From Acidimicrobiales bacterium (GTDB lineage Bacteria; Actinomycetota; Acidimicrobiia; Acidimicrobiales; Bog-793), in NCBI GenBank assembly GCA_050008715.1, contig JBEKMC010000002.1:1920-65919 (forward strand): 64,000 bases of DNA, read 5' to 3'. How positions within the stretch are numbered: position 1 is the stretch's first letter; each line of letters opens with the position of its first letter. Below, piece by piece: positions 17,219 through 28,423 of this stretch. A model generated the notes under the pieces. That model was not told where the DNA came from and ran no database searches. It worked only from the letters and a program-made list of their open reading frames with translations. A program made the translations under genes and the position numbers.

Positions 17219-18406
17219 ATGCAACGATCACGTCGCGCCCCCCTTCGGGCGCTGCTCGCGTCCGCAACGCTCGCAGGTCTGGCGGCAGCGGTGGTCGTCT
17301 CGGCGCCGCTGGCTGCCAGCGCCCAGACCACGGCCCGCTCCACCGCTCAGCACTCGCACGCCCAGATCAGCAACGCCGTCTTCGTACAGACGAACGACAC
17401 GACCGGTAACCAGATCCTCGCGTACTCGCGATCGGCCACCGGCTCGCTCTCGTTCGTGCACGCCTACGACACGGGCGGCCGTGGCGCCCGCACAGCCGGC
17501 TCGATCGTCGACCCACTCGCCTCGCAGGGCTCGCTCTACTACGACTCCCATGCTTCGCTCCTCATCGCCGTCAACGCCGGCAGCAACACGATCGCTTCAT
17601 TCCAGGTGAACGGCGACGTCCTCTCGCACCGACAGGTGCTGTGGGCGGGGCCCCTGCCGGTGAGCGTGACCTCTCACGGCTCGCTCGTCTACGTGCTCGA
17701 CGGCGGGTCGACCGGCGCCGTCCGCGGCTTTCGCGTGCACGACGGCCGGCTCCGGCTCATTCTCGGCTCCGGGCGCGGCCTCGGCCTCGACCCGACCGCC
17801 ACGCCCCAGTTCCTGAACACGCCTGGGCAAGTCGGCTTCACGCCGGACGGCGCTCAGCTGATCGTGACGACGAAGCACAACGGCAGCGACATCGACGTCT
17901 TCGGCGTGAAGGCCGACGGCCGGCTCACCGCCCCGGTGAAGAACGCCGCCGCTGAGCCCGTCCCATTTGGGTTCGTGTTCGACCCGAACGGCAACCTCGT
18001 TGTGACCGAGGCCGGCGGCGCTGACGTCTCGACGTATGGGATCGCGGGCAACGGCACGATCACGAACCTGTCCACCGTCGTCGACGGCCAGGCGGCTCCG
18101 TGCTGGATCGCTTCAGTGGCCGGTTGGTACTTCGTGGCCAACGCCGGCAGCGCTGACATCGCCGGCTACCAGGTGAGCAACGCCGGCGTCGCCTCCCTCA
18201 TCGCCGCCAACAGCGGCATCGCCGGAACGACTGATGCCGGACCGATCGACCTCGCTGGTTCTTCGAACGGCCAGTTCCTGTACGTGGAGGCAGGCGGCAC
18301 CGGAGCGGTCGACGAGTTCTCGATCAACGCCGACGGCACCCTCACTTCGATCGGCTCGATCACGGGCCTCTCCGGCACGGGCATCGAGGGCATCGTCGCT
18401 TCGTGA
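17219..18406 (+). CDS. Secreted 7-bladed beta-propeller lactonase-family protein
   Basis: It has a Tat-like signal (RSRRAPLRALL...AASAQT). Repeated propeller strands resemble the Lactonase/6-phosphogluconolactonase-like family (VFVQTNDTTGNQILAY...). Confidence 0.55.
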   Translation: MQRSRRAPLRALLASATLAGLAAAVVVSAPLAASAQTTARSTAQHSHAQISNAVFVQTNDTTGNQILAYSRSATGSLSFVHAYDTGGRGARTAGSIVDPLASQGSLYYDSHASLLIAVNAGSNTIASFQVNGDVLSHRQVLWAGPLPVSVTSHGSLVYVLDGGSTGAVRGFRVHDGRLRLILGSGRGLGLDPTATPQFLNTPGQVGFTPDGAQLIVTTKHNGSDIDVFGVKADGRLTAPVKNAAAEPVPFGFVFDPNGNLVVTEAGGADVSTYGIAGNGTITNLSTVVDGQAAPCWIASVAGWYFVANAGSADIAGYQVSNAGVASLIAANSGIAGTTDAGPIDLAGSSNGQFLYVEAGGTGAVDEFSINADGTLTSIGSITGLSGTGIEGIVAS

Positions 18407-18442
18407 CAGTCGGCTGACAACAGATTCAAGGCTCCTCGAATG

Positions 18443-18475
18443 GGCCGGCGCGGTGCTCCAGCGGCCGCGCCGGCC
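18443..18475. terminator. Perfect 11-bp GC stem hairpin in a convergent gap (bidirectional terminator candidate)
   Basis: GGCCGGCGCGG (18443-18453) pairs with CCGCGCCGGCC (18465-18475) around an 11-nt loop. It lies between the stops at 18406 (+) and 18492 (-). Confidence 0.45.
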
Positions 18476-18491
18476 TCGGCGCGAGCGGGCC

Positions 18492-19574
18492 TCAGCCGCA
18501 ATGCTTGGCGTAGGCGGCCGTTCCGGGCTGGTACGCCTGGGCCGAACCGGGGCTCACCTCGAGACACGCCTCGTTGACGGCGACGAATTCCGATGCGGGT
18601 ATCTGCTTCAACTGGTCGACCTCGTCGTAGGTCCAGCGGGTGTCCGCCGTGCCTTGGAAGAACCAGTTGCTGCCGTTGTCGGCGAGGATGAGGCCGTAGG
18701 TCTTCATCGTCGTGATGACGGTCTGGCACATTGCCGAGCACACCTTGGCGGACAGGTGGAAGCTCGCCTTCAATCGAAAGCGCGCCCCCATCGGCGGGCA
18801 GCGCTTGTCCGCCACGCCTGCCTCGTGACGAGCCGGCCACGAGTAGGACTCCTGGGTGCAGTCGGCCGTGAAGCGAATGGCGTGGTCCATGGCGCCCGAC
18901 TTCACCTCGTTGTAATTGACGAGGCCGACGAGGACCGGCAGGCCGGCAGCGTCGGCGGATGTCCAGTTGGCTGGACGTAGCTTGTCGGACAAGAGGCTCC
19001 AGATCGCCCCGGACCCTGCCGTCGATCTGCCTCCGGCGCGGTAGTAGGCGTCGTAGAGCTCGAAGAGCTTGCAGGTGGACGGGTTGACCATGATGGCGTG
19101 GCGATCGCCGGAGGCGCTGCGCCCTCCCTCGATCGGCGTCGAGGCCGAGAACGGGTACGGACCCTTGTCGCTCTCGCCGGCGTATTCGAACTTGATCTTC
19201 ACGAGCGGCTGGGCCGGCTTCACGATCTGCCACGGAATGCCGTAGGGAATCCCGCCGGAGGGGCCGTAGTCCGGGTGGAGATCGACCCGGGAAGAGTCCA
19301 TCGACTTCAGCCAGGTCGAACTGTGGACGTCAACCGGTAGACCCGTGATCGGCGTGTTCCAGACGTTGTCCGCCGGGAAGGCAGGGCACTTCGTGCCGGG
19401 CAGCGTGACGGCGTGGTCGACCCTTCCGGTGCTGGACGCCAGTGACGCGGCGCTGGCCCGGGACCCCGGCGAGGCTTCCGCCAATGCGTTCCCGGCAGTC
19501 GATGCCACGATCCCGGCGCAGACCAACGACAGCGCAGCGGTGACGATCCTTCTTCGCTGAGAGCGACCGCTCAA
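18492..19574 (-). CDS. Secreted cysteine-containing protein of unknown function
   Basis: The ORF-track frame is retained, but I place the start at TTG 19574, which is preceded by GAGGAGGAAG. This gives MSGRSQRRRIVTAALSLVCAGIVAST... (Tat-like RRR plus a hydrophobic core). I recognised no family. Confidence 0.6.
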   Translation of the reverse strand: MSGRSQRRRIVTAALSLVCAGIVASTAGNALAEASPGSRASAASLASSTGRVDHAVTLPGTKCPAFPADNVWNTPITGLPVDVHSSTWLKSMDSSRVDLHPDYGPSGGIPYGIPWQIVKPAQPLVKIKFEYAGESDKGPYPFSASTPIEGGRSASGDRHAIMVNPSTCKLFELYDAYYRAGGRSTAGSGAIWSLLSDKLRPANWTSADAAGLPVLVGLVNYNEVKSGAMDHAIRFTADCTQESYSWPARHEAGVADKRCPPMGARFRLKASFHLSAKVCSAMCQTVITTMKTYGLILADNGSNWFFQGTADTRWTYDEVDQLKQIPASEFVAVNEACLEVSPGSAQAYQPGTAAYAKHCG

Positions 19575-19593
19575 CGTCTTCCTCCTCAGCCCG

Positions 19594-20499
19594 GTGGCCC
19601 GGCGCGGGCCGCTCGGAAAGCTTACGCGCCGAGCTGTGGCATCATCGCCGGACGCCACTCGCGACGAGATTCCCGTGACCACGCAGCCCCCCGCCGAGCA
19701 CCCGGAGGCCCAACCGACCCGCCCTCCCGCCGGCGAGAGCCCAGGTGCGTTCTTCGAGTGGGGAGCCGCCGGGGCGCAAGCCCTCGCGGCCACGTGCTCC
19801 GCCATCGTCGTCGTGGACGTGCTCTCGTTCACGACGACCGTCGCCGTCGCTGCCGGGCTCGGAACCGAAGTGATCCCGTGCGGAGACCTGGCGACGGGGC
19901 GGCGGCTCGCCGGCGACACCGGCGCGCAGCTGGCCGTGCGACGTCACGAGACCGACGAGGAGCATCCCTGGTCGCTCTCGCCGGCAAGCGTGGCGGCGGC
20001 ACCCCGCGTCGCCCGCCTTGTCGTCGAATCGCCCAACGGAGCCGCCATCTCCGCAGCCGTCGCCCAGACGGGCGTGCCCGTGGTTGCGGCCTGCCTTCGC
20101 AATATCAGCGCCGTCGTCGGCTGGCTGGTCGTCCGCGGCTACGGCGAGCCCTCGAAGCCGATCGCCGTCGTCGCCGCCGGGGAACGATGGGCGGACGGGA
20201 GCCTTCGACCTGCGATCGAGGATCTCTTCGGCGGTGGCCTTGTGCTCGCCGGCCTCGCCGATGCCGGCGTGGTCCTGTCACCGGAGGCCTCCGTCGCCGT
20301 CCGGTCGGTGAGAGGGCTGCCGCCGCCTCAGCTCGCCGCCCTCGTACGAGCCTCCACCTCTGGCACCGAGCTGAGGGTGGGAGGCTACGAGGCGGACGTC
20401 GAGATCGCCATCGAGATCGACGCGGACGACGTCGTGCCGGTGATGATCGGCGCCATGGCAGGCTTTCGGGACCAGATGATCAGAGGAGAGGCGAGATGA
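19594..20499 (+). CDS. 2-phosphosulfolactate phosphatase (ComB) family protein
   Basis: The AIVVVDVLSFTTTVAVAAGLG block and ESPNGAA resemble the ComB family. The start is uncertain, and GTG 19675 would leave a more realistic divergent intergenic region. Confidence 0.55.
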   Translation: MARRGPLGKLTRRAVASSPDATRDEIPVTTQPPAEHPEAQPTRPPAGESPGAFFEWGAAGAQALAATCSAIVVVDVLSFTTTVAVAAGLGTEVIPCGDLATGRRLAGDTGAQLAVRRHETDEEHPWSLSPASVAAAPRVARLVVESPNGAAISAAVAQTGVPVVAACLRNISAVVGWLVVRGYGEPSKPIAVVAAGERWADGSLRPAIEDLFGGGLVLAGLADAGVVLSPEASVAVRSVRGLPPPQLAALVRASTSGTELRVGGYEADVEIAIEIDADDVVPVMIGAMAGFRDQMIRGEAR

Positions 20500-21248
20500 G
20501 CGGACGGCTGGACGGCAAGGTGGCGCTCGTGACCGGTTCCACGAGCGGCATCGGGGCCGCGACGGCACGTGCGCTCAGCAGCGACGGCGCCACCGTCGTC
20601 GTGAACTCGGCGAGCTCGGTCGAGGCGGGCCGAGCTCTCGCGGCCGAGCTGGGCGACGCCATCTATGTGAGGGCCGACATCGCCGATCCGAGCGAGGCTC
20701 GTTCCCTCGTCGAGACGGCTGCACGCCGCAACGGCCGCCTCGACATCGTCGTCAACAACGCCGGCACGACCGTGAAGATCCCTCACGGCGAGCTCGACGA
20801 GGTGACCGCAGAGGTGTGGGCGAAGATCCTCGGCGTGAACGTCGTCGGCACGTGGAACGTGACCACGGCCGCTGCCCCCTACCTGCACGCCGCCGCTCAT
20901 CACCACTCGGGAAGATCGGTCGTCGTGAACGTGTCCTCCCTCGCCGGCATCCGCCCGACGGGCTCCTCGATCCCCTATGCCGTCTCCAAGGCAGCCGTCA
21001 ACCACATGACGCGGCTGCTTGCCAACACGCTCGGCCCGGAGATCCGGGTGAACGCCGTCGCCCCTGGCCTCGTGGACACGCCGTGGACGGCGGACTGGGC
21101 ATTGGAACGCGAGTACGTCGAGGCGAAGTCGCCCCTCAAGTCCATCCCGTCGGCCGAGGACGTCGCCGACGCCATCCTGGCGCTCGTCCACGCCCATCAG
21201 GTAACGGGCGAGGTGCTCCTCGTCGACGGAGGGCTGCACCTTCGCTGA
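20496..21248 (+). CDS. Short-chain dehydrogenase/reductase (SDR)
   Basis: It has TGSTSGIG (TGxxxGxG), NNAG and YAVSKAA (YxxxK). ATG 20496 overlaps the upstream stop (ATGA), and AGAGGAGAG lies upstream. Confidence 0.85.
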   Translation: MSGRLDGKVALVTGSTSGIGAATARALSSDGATVVVNSASSVEAGRALAAELGDAIYVRADIADPSEARSLVETAARRNGRLDIVVNNAGTTVKIPHGELDEVTAEVWAKILGVNVVGTWNVTTAAAPYLHAAAHHHSGRSVVVNVSSLAGIRPTGSSIPYAVSKAAVNHMTRLLANTLGPEIRVNAVAPGLVDTPWTADWALEREYVEAKSPLKSIPSAEDVADAILALVHAHQVTGEVLLVDGGLHLR

Positions 21249-21264
21249 GGGCGAGGCGCCGCCC

Positions 21265-22317
21265 TCACGCCAGCGAGTCGAGCCGCAGCAACAGCCATTC
21301 CAACAAGAGGAGGTCGTTGACGTTGCGTGTGAGGCGGTCGGCTGCCTCGCCGACGAGGTCGATGGCCCGCAGCGCCGCCGACATGACCGCGGGGGGCGAG
21401 CCTTCCAGGCGTGTTCGGTAGACCCCTGCCAGCGTCGCCAGCCCGGCGCGCATCTCGTCCGTGCGCACGCGTCGTTGCTCGCGACGGTGCCGATCCTCGA
21501 TGACCGCCCGCCCCGGGACGGACCGCTCGCCTTGCCGCTCGGCCTGAGCCGCCAGGTCTGCCATCTCGGCCGCCTGACGAACCTTGACAGCCTCCACGGG
21601 CTCGGCCGCCGCACCGACCAGCTCCTCGGCGAGAAGGACCACGGTTGCCCCGGTACCGTCGAGCCGCGTCGGCACGGACCGCCAGCGTTCCAGCCGCTCG
21701 AAGAAACCATCCTCGCTCACGAGCAACCGAGCCCGGTCGAGGCGCCCGCCGGCGACGTCTGCGACGGCCGTGGCGGCGGCGACTGCGGCTCCTTCTCGCA
21801 CCAGTACGTTCACGACGTCCGCGCTCGCGAGCGGGTCGAAGTTGACCGTGGAGCAACGGCTGGCGATCGTGACGAGATCCGGGGGGACGTTCTCGGCGAG
21901 CACGAGCACGATCGTCGTGTCCGGCGGCTCCTCGATCGTCTTCAGCAGGACAGGAGCGGCCTGCTCGACCAGGTGGAAGTCGACGAGCACGAGCACCTGG
22001 AAGGGCGCCGCCCGGGGCGTTCGCAGCGCCAGCCGGACGACCTCCTGAGCCTGCGGCACGAGGATGGAGGCGCCCTGGCGCTCGACGACGACGACGTCGG
22101 GATGGCGGCCGGCGAGGGTCTCGAGGCACGACGGGCACACGCCACAGCCGCCGTTCGGGCACGTGAGGGCGGCGGCGAATGCCATGGCGGCCTCGCGCTT
22201 GCCCGTGCCCGCCGGGCCGAGGAACAAGTAGGCGTGAACCGGGTGAGGTACCGAAGCATCGAGCAGCTGCACGGCCCTCGGCTGCCCGACGATCCTGTCG
22301 AGCACACGTGCGTTCAT
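21265..22317 (-). CDS. holB: DNA polymerase III delta-prime subunit
   Basis: It has HAYLFLGPAGTGKREAA and the zinc module CPNGGCGVCPSC. Start ATG 22317 overlaps the tmk stop (ATGA). The conserved tmk-holB order supports the call. Confidence 0.8.
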   Translation of the reverse strand: MNARVLDRIVGQPRAVQLLDASVPHPVHAYLFLGPAGTGKREAAMAFAAALTCPNGGCGVCPSCLETLAGRHPDVVVVERQGASILVPQAQEVVRLALRTPRAAPFQVLVLVDFHLVEQAAPVLLKTIEEPPDTTIVLVLAENVPPDLVTIASRCSTVNFDPLASADVVNVLVREGAAVAAATAVADVAGGRLDRARLLVSEDGFFERLERWRSVPTRLDGTGATVVLLAEELVGAAAEPVEAVKVRQAAEMADLAAQAERQGERSVPGRAVIEDRHRREQRRVRTDEMRAGLATLAGVYRTRLEGSPPAVMSAALRAIDLVGEAADRLTRNVNDLLLLEWLLLRLDSLA

Positions 22318-22952
22318 CGCCGCCGGCCGCCGCCGAGCATGTCCGCCACCGCCTGGCGTACGAGCCGGGCGACGTCCTCCACCTCGCCGGTGCCGTCGAT
22401 CACGAACCAACGGTGCGGATCAGCGGCCGCGAGCGTCCGGAACCCCTCCGCCACCCGGGCGTGGAATCCCTCGTCCTCTGACTCGATCCGGTCGGGCGCA
22501 GTGCCGGTTCGGGACCGGCGCCGCCAGCCCATCTCGAACGGCACGTCGAGCAGGATCGTCAGGTCGGGCCAAAGCTGCCCCGTTGCGAGGTCACAGGCGT
22601 CGGTGACGGCGCCGAGTGGCAGGCCTCTCCCGTAGCCCTGGTAGGCCAGCGTCGATCCGGAAAAGCGATCCACGACGACGTCGCGGCCGGCCTCGAGCGC
22701 CGGACGGAGGCGCTCGGCGACGTGCTGCGCGCGGGCGGCGAGCATCAGCATGAGCTCCGCCCGCGCCGTCATCGCGTTTCCCGCCTCCGCACCCTCTGTC
22801 CGGGCAGGCTCTGGTTGCAGGAGCAATTGCCGGATGCGGTCCCCGAGCGCCGTCCCACCGGGCTCCCTCGTGAGCTCGGCGCCGAGGTCGCCCGCGAGGC
22901 GCTGCGCCTGCGTGGACTTGCCCGCCCCCTCGCCTCCTTCGAAGGCGATCAG
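22314..22952 (-). CDS. tmk: Thymidylate kinase (start codon unresolved)
   Basis: The P-loop IAFEGGEGAGKST and the REPGGT block are present. The minimal CDS shown starts at CTG 22952. The ORF-track ATG at 23153 would add an Arg-rich N-terminus read out of frame through the topA tail. Confidence 0.75.
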   Translation of the reverse strand: MIAFEGGEGAGKSTQAQRLAGDLGAELTREPGGTALGDRIRQLLLQPEPARTEGAEAGNAMTARAELMLMLAARAQHVAERLRPALEAGRDVVVDRFSGSTLAYQGYGRGLPLGAVTDACDLATGQLWPDLTILLDVPFEMGWRRRSRTGTAPDRIESEDEGFHARVAEGFRTLAAADPHRWFVIDGTGEVEDVARLVRQAVADMLGGGRRR

Positions 22953-22983
22953 GCGACCCCGGCCACGACCGGAGAGACCAGCC

Positions 22984-25929
22984 CTAGAAGTCGACGTCGT
23001 CGGGAGCCTCCGTCGCCACGGTCCTCTCGGCCACCGCCTCCTTGGCACCAACCTTCTCGGCCCCCGTCTTCTTCGCAACAGCCTTCTTGGCCCCGGCCTT
23101 CTTGACGCCGGCCTTCGTGGCACGGGCCTTCGTGGCACCGCCTTTCGTGACACCGGCCTTCTTAGCCGCGCCGGCGCGCTTCGCCGGCGCCTTCTTCGCC
23201 GGCGCCTTCTTCACGCCGGCCTTCTTGGTGCCGCCGCGGGCACCGCCCCGCGTCGACGGACCCGCGTCGCGCCGGGCGGAGATGAGCTCGGCGGCGCGTT
23301 CCGGCGTAATGGTCTCAGGATCGTCGCCACGACGAAGCGAGGCGTTCACGGTCCCGTCGGTCACATAGGGACCAAAACGCCCCGACCGCAGCACGATCTG
23401 TCCCCCGCTCACGGGGTCTGGCCCGAGCTCTCGCAGCGGCGCCGCCGTCACGCCGTAGCGTCGCTGCTTGGGCTGGGCGAAGCGGGCGAGCGCCTCGTCG
23501 AGGGTCACGGTGAACAACTGCTCCTCGTTGTCGAGCGAGCGGGTCTCGGTACCGTGCTCGAGGTACGGGCCGTATCGGCCGCTCTTCGCGATGATGTCGG
23601 CACCGGTCGCCGGATCGAGACCGACGACACGCGGCAGCTCCAGCAGCCGGAGTGCGTCGTCGAGTGTGAGCGTCTCGAGCGACATCGAGGAGAACAATGA
23701 CGCCGTCTTGAGCGGTTTGGCCGCCTCCTCAAGCCCTCCGAGCTGGACGTAGGGCCCATAGCGGCCAGCTCGCGCCACCACCTGTTCGCCGGTCCTCGGG
23801 TCGATGCCGATCACGCGATCGCCGGACGGCTTGGAGAGCAATTCGAGGGCGCGCTCGGTCGTGAGCTCGTCGGGTGCCAGATCCTCCGGCACGGCCGTCC
23901 TGGTCTCACCGCGCTGCAGGTACGGGCCGTAGCGGCCGACCCGAACGACGATCTCCTCGCCGTCGGGGTCGGCACCGATGACGATGGAATTGACATCACG
24001 TGCGTCGATTTCGCCGAGGTGAGTAAGGACGGCATCCTTCAGCCCCCGCGTGCCGTCGACCTCGAGGGCGTGGCGAGGCTGACGGGCGCCGTCGGCATCC
24101 GGGCGCGGCAGGTGGTGGGATTCGCCGAAGTAGAAGCGCTCCAGCCAGGGGACGCTCTCCTCGGTGCCGGCGGCGATCTCGTCGAGGTCGTCCTCCATGG
24201 AGGCGGTGAAGCCATAGTCGACGAGGCTCGGGAAGTGCCGCTCCATCAGGTTCACGACAGCGAAGGCGGTGAAGGACGGAACGAGCGCCGTACCCTTGCG
24301 CCACACGTAGTTCCGGTCCTGGATCGTCTGCAGGATGCTGGCGTAGGTCGACGGCCGGCCGACGCCGAGCTCCTCCAGGCGCCGGACGAGCGAGGCTTCG
24401 GTGTAGCGAGCCGGCGGGCGGGTGTCGTGGCTCTCGGTCGTGAGGCCTTCACACTCGACGCCGTCGCCGGCATTGAGCCGTGGCAGGCGGGCGTTCTCCT
24501 CTCTCGCCCGAGCCTCGTCGTTCTCGTCGTCGTCGTCCTCGCGGTACACCTGCAGGAAACCCGGCACCGTGATGACCGTCCCCGTCGCCAACAGGCCGGC
24601 CACTGTCCCGGCGGGCACGGGAGCCGCCGCCCCCACCGGCGCCGGCGAGTCCGAACGGGTCGTCGCCTCCAATCGGACGCGGGCCGTCGTCCCGGTCGCA
24701 TCGATCATCTGGGAGGCAACGGTGCGCTGCCACACGAGCTCGTACAGCTTCAGCTCGTCGGCGGAGAGCTCCCGGGCGACTGCGGACGGCTGGCGGAACC
24801 GCTCCCCTGCCGGCCGGATGGCTTCGTGCGCCTCCTGGGCGTTCTTCACCTTGTTGCGGTAGGTCCGCGGCGCAGCCGGCACCGAGGCGGCGCCGTACAG
24901 CGACGTCGCCTGCTGCCGGGCAGCCTGCACGGCCGTGTCCGAGAGCGTCGTGGAGTCGGTTCGCATGTAGGTGATGAACCCACGCTCGTAGAGCGCCTGG
25001 GCGAGGCGCATCGTGCGCTGCGCCGAGTAGCGGAGCTTGCGGGCGGCCTCCTGCTGCAGCGTCGAGGTCATGAACGGCGCCGCCGGCGAGCGCCGGTAGG
25101 GCCGGTCCTCGACGGAGGCGACCGTGAAGTCCGCACCGTCGAGGGCGGCCACAAGCCCGGTGGCGGCCGGCTCGTCGAGGAGTACGACGTCGCCCCGGTC
25201 GGGAAGCAGCCGTCCGTCGGGACCGAAGTCGTCCCCGGCGGCGACCGAGCCGCCGCCGACGTCGACGAGTCGCGCCCCGAAGGCCTGCCCGCCTGCGGCG
25301 AACGAACCGACGATCCCCCACCAGGAGGCCGAGCGGAACGCCATGCGCTCGCGCTCGCGCTCGACGACGATGCGCGTGGCCACGCTCTGCACACGACCTG
25401 CTGACAGTCCGGTCGCCACCTTTTTCCACAGCACGGGGGAGACCTCGTAGCCATACAGGCGGTCGAGGATGCGCCGTGCCTCCTGAGCGTCGACGAGGCG
25501 ACGGTCGAGCTCGCCGGGGTTGGCCATGGCAGCCGCGATGGCGGCGGGCGTGATCTCGTGGAACACCATGCGGTGGACCGGCACACGCGGTGACAGCACC
25601 TCGACGAGGTGCCAGGCGATCGACTCCCCCTCTCGGTCCTCGTCTGTCGCCAGGTAGAGCTCGCTGGCGTCGGTGAGGAGGCGCTTCAGCTTGGCGACCT
25701 GCTCGCGGCGCTCCTTCGAGACCACATAGAGCGCCTTGAAGTCGTTGTCGACGTCCACGCCGAGGCGCGCCCAGGGCTCGCCTTTGAAGGCGGCGGGCAC
25801 GTCTGAGGCGTTGCGGGGCAGGTCGCGGATGTGACCGATCGACGATTCGACGACATAGTCGCGGCCGAGATACCCGGCGATGGTCTTTGCCTTCGCCGGG
25901 GATTCGACGATGACGAGTGGTTTGGCCAT
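22984..25929 (-). CDS. topA: DNA topoisomerase I with a Lys/Ala-rich C-terminal tail
   Basis: It has the N-terminal Toprim block LVIVESPAKAKTIAGYLG, the YITYMRTDS active-site Tyr block, and a long KKAGxKKA repeat tail as in actinobacterial TopA. Confidence 0.95.
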   Translation of the reverse strand: MAKPLVIVESPAKAKTIAGYLGRDYVVESSIGHIRDLPRNASDVPAAFKGEPWARLGVDVDNDFKALYVVSKERREQVAKLKRLLTDASELYLATDEDREGESIAWHLVEVLSPRVPVHRMVFHEITPAAIAAAMANPGELDRRLVDAQEARRILDRLYGYEVSPVLWKKVATGLSAGRVQSVATRIVVERERERMAFRSASWWGIVGSFAAGGQAFGARLVDVGGGSVAAGDDFGPDGRLLPDRGDVVLLDEPAATGLVAALDGADFTVASVEDRPYRRSPAAPFMTSTLQQEAARKLRYSAQRTMRLAQALYERGFITYMRTDSTTLSDTAVQAARQQATSLYGAASVPAAPRTYRNKVKNAQEAHEAIRPAGERFRQPSAVARELSADELKLYELVWQRTVASQMIDATGTTARVRLEATTRSDSPAPVGAAAPVPAGTVAGLLATGTVITVPGFLQVYREDDDDENDEARAREENARLPRLNAGDGVECEGLTTESHDTRPPARYTEASLVRRLEELGVGRPSTYASILQTIQDRNYVWRKGTALVPSFTAFAVVNLMERHFPSLVDYGFTASMEDDLDEIAAGTEESVPWLERFYFGESHHLPRPDADGARQPRHALEVDGTRGLKDAVLTHLGEIDARDVNSIVIGADPDGEEIVVRVGRYGPYLQRGETRTAVPEDLAPDELTTERALELLSKPSGDRVIGIDPRTGEQVVARAGRYGPYVQLGGLEEAAKPLKTASLFSSMSLETLTLDDALRLLELPRVVGLDPATGADIIAKSGRYGPYLEHGTETRSLDNEEQLFTVTLDEALARFAQPKQRRYGVTAAPLRELGPDPVSGGQIVLRSGRFGPYVTDGTVNASLRRGDDPETITPERAAELISARRDAGPSTRGGARGGTKKAGVKKAPAKKAPAKRAGAAKKAGVTKGGATKARATKAGVKKAGAKKAVAKKTGAEKVGAKEAVAERTVATEAPDDVDF

Positions 25930-25959
25930 GGGAGGCCGAGGATACGTTGCCGGCCGGCG

Positions 25960-28284
<2,325 letters not shown>

Positions 28285-28423
28285 CGCTAGCTCCTTTGAT
28301 GAGGTCGGGGGGCAGGATAAACGCTCGGCGCGGCTCGTTCAAACTTGCCGCGGCGCCGGCGGCTCCACGAACGGGGCCGGCCGGCCGAACCCGCAAGCAA
28401 AAGGTAGCGCCGGCTACGGCGCG

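Noticed and set aside
22984-23330. DNA-level repeats (GCCTTCTT/GGCCTTCGTGGCAC iterations)
   Set aside because: They are explained by the Lys/Ala-rich KKAGxKKA tail of TopA and are not an independent element.
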